Shown here piece by piece: positions 63,144 through 64,000 of a stretch of 64,000 bases of DNA. Below the pieces are notes generated by a model. It ran no database searches, was not told the DNA's origin, and was given only the letters and a program-made list of their open reading frames with translations. This DNA is from an uncultured Bacteroidales bacterium (lineage in GTDB: Bacteria > Bacteroidota > Bacteroidia > Bacteroidales > JAGOPY01): positions 5,625 through 69,624 of the forward strand of contig CAYJNJ010000005.1 in assembly GCA_964371595.1 (NCBI GenBank). Direction: 5' to 3'. The position numbers and the translations under genes were made by a program. How positions within the stretch are numbered: position 1 is the stretch's first letter; every line of letters begins with the position of its first letter.

Positions 63144-64000
63144 ATGTATCCCCGGCTAAGCGATTTAATCAACGGCATTTTTGGTATCGAATTAATGATG
63201 CCGATCCAGACCTATGGCTTTTTTGTTGCGCTGGCTTTCATGTTTGGAGGGCTTATTGTCTATCTTGAATTAAAAAGAAAAGAAAAAGAGAATATCTTAT
63301 TTCCTGTCGAAAAGTCCCGGATAAAAGGAAAGCCAGTCTCTGCCTGGGATTTGATCATTAATGGCCTGATCGGCTTTATTTTAGGATACAAATTCATTGA
63401 TGCAATAGCTAATTACCCTGAGTTTGCTGCAAACCCTCAGAAATTCGTATTCTCAGCCGACGGAAGCTGGTGGGGAGGGATTGTACTGGCTGTACTGGTC
63501 GTTTCGCTTACCTGGTACGACCGTAAAAGAAAAAGCCTGCCGGTACCGGTCGAAGTTGCAGAATTGATCCATCCCAGGCAGCTGACGGGAAATATCATCC
63601 TTATGGCCGCCATTTTCGGCATCATCGGATCAAAGCTTTTCGATGTGATAGAGCATCTCGACGAACTCCTGAAAGATCCTATCCACACCCTGTTTTCCTT
63701 CAGCGGGCTTGCTTTCTACGGTGGGCTTATCACGGCGGCATTTGCCGTTGGAATTTATGCTGAAAGGCATAAAATACCCTGGCCGGTCATTGGGGATGTT
63801 GTGGCCCCTGCACTGATCCTTGCTTACGGAATAGGAAGGATCGGGTGCCAGTTGTCCGGTGACGGCTGCTGGGGGATTGTGAACCCCGACCCGAAGCCGG
63901 AATGGCTGTCATTCCTGCCCGACTGGGCCTGGGCATTCAATTACCCGCACAATGTAATCAATGAAGGGATACGCATTCCTGGCTGTGACGGCTCCAACTG
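63144..64000 (+). CDS. lgt: Prolipoprotein diacylglyceryl transferase, 3'-truncated by the window edge
   Basis: My own translation: MYPRLSDLINGIFGIELMMPIQTYGFFVALAF...FYGGLITAAF...AYGIGRIGCQLSGDGCWG. The frame stays open to position 64000. Confidence 0.75.
   Translation, partial: MYPRLSDLINGIFGIELMMPIQTYGFFVALAFMFGGLIVYLELKRKEKENILFPVEKSRIKGKPVSAWDLIINGLIGFILGYKFIDAIANYPEFAANPQKFVFSADGSWWGGIVLAVLVVSLTWYDRKRKSLPVPVEVAELIHPRQLTGNIILMAAIFGIIGSKLFDVIEHLDELLKDPIHTLFSFSGLAFYGGLITAAFAVGIYAERHKIPWPVIGDVVAPALILAYGIGRIGCQLSGDGCWGIVNPDPKPEWLSFLPDWAWAFNYPHNVINEGIRIPGCDGSN

Overview
This 64 kb chromosomal segment looks like Bacteroidota. Supporting signs are T9SS type-A and type-B C-terminal sorting domains, TAnnTTTG -7 promoter boxes, a FeoA-FeoB fusion, and GWxTD, DUF4199 and DUF4293-type genes. 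I count about 55 protein genes, three tRNAs (Pro-TGG, Ser-GCT, Lys-TTT), one truncated tRNA-Pro copy and a small SRP RNA. Most of the content is housekeeping: two divergent full-length UvrA paralogues, RecA, Nth, RmuC, ArfB, a DEAD-box helicase, a YrdC/Sua5-family protein, RlmB, UppP, Lgt (runs off the 3' edge), FeoAB, Bcp, quinol-type NO reductase and an ECF-type sigma factor. There are two sugar clusters: ugd-uxs-rfbD-pgm, and an SDR/GHMP-kinase/GT4/epimerase/GT2/DUF4199 operon. An accessory block at 22.4-37.2 kb holds large secreted T9SS cargo proteins, a DUF4160/DUF2442 pair and a 622-aa orphan. I see no transposase, integrase, reverse transcriptase, CRISPR array or recognisable defence system, and I cannot point to a clear new multi-gene system. 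The most unusual signals are non-coding or small. (1) Almost every intergenic spacer is filled with tandem arrays drawn from a small recurring set of 7-8 nt words, often arranged as inverted pairs, and twice found in frame inside genes. (2) A 42-nt GC-rich stem-loop sits directly after four stop codons, always in the same orientation. (3) A composite repeat island lies at 26.0-26.4 kb. (4) A four-helix-bundle (23S-IVS/Avd-like) gene is embedded in a tRNA unit, 1 nt from a truncated tRNA. (5) There is a 66-aa singlet histone-fold candidate. (6) There is a signal-less 622-aa orphan with its own terminator. All protein calls come from motifs read in the supplied translations and family knowledge from memory. 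No database search was run.
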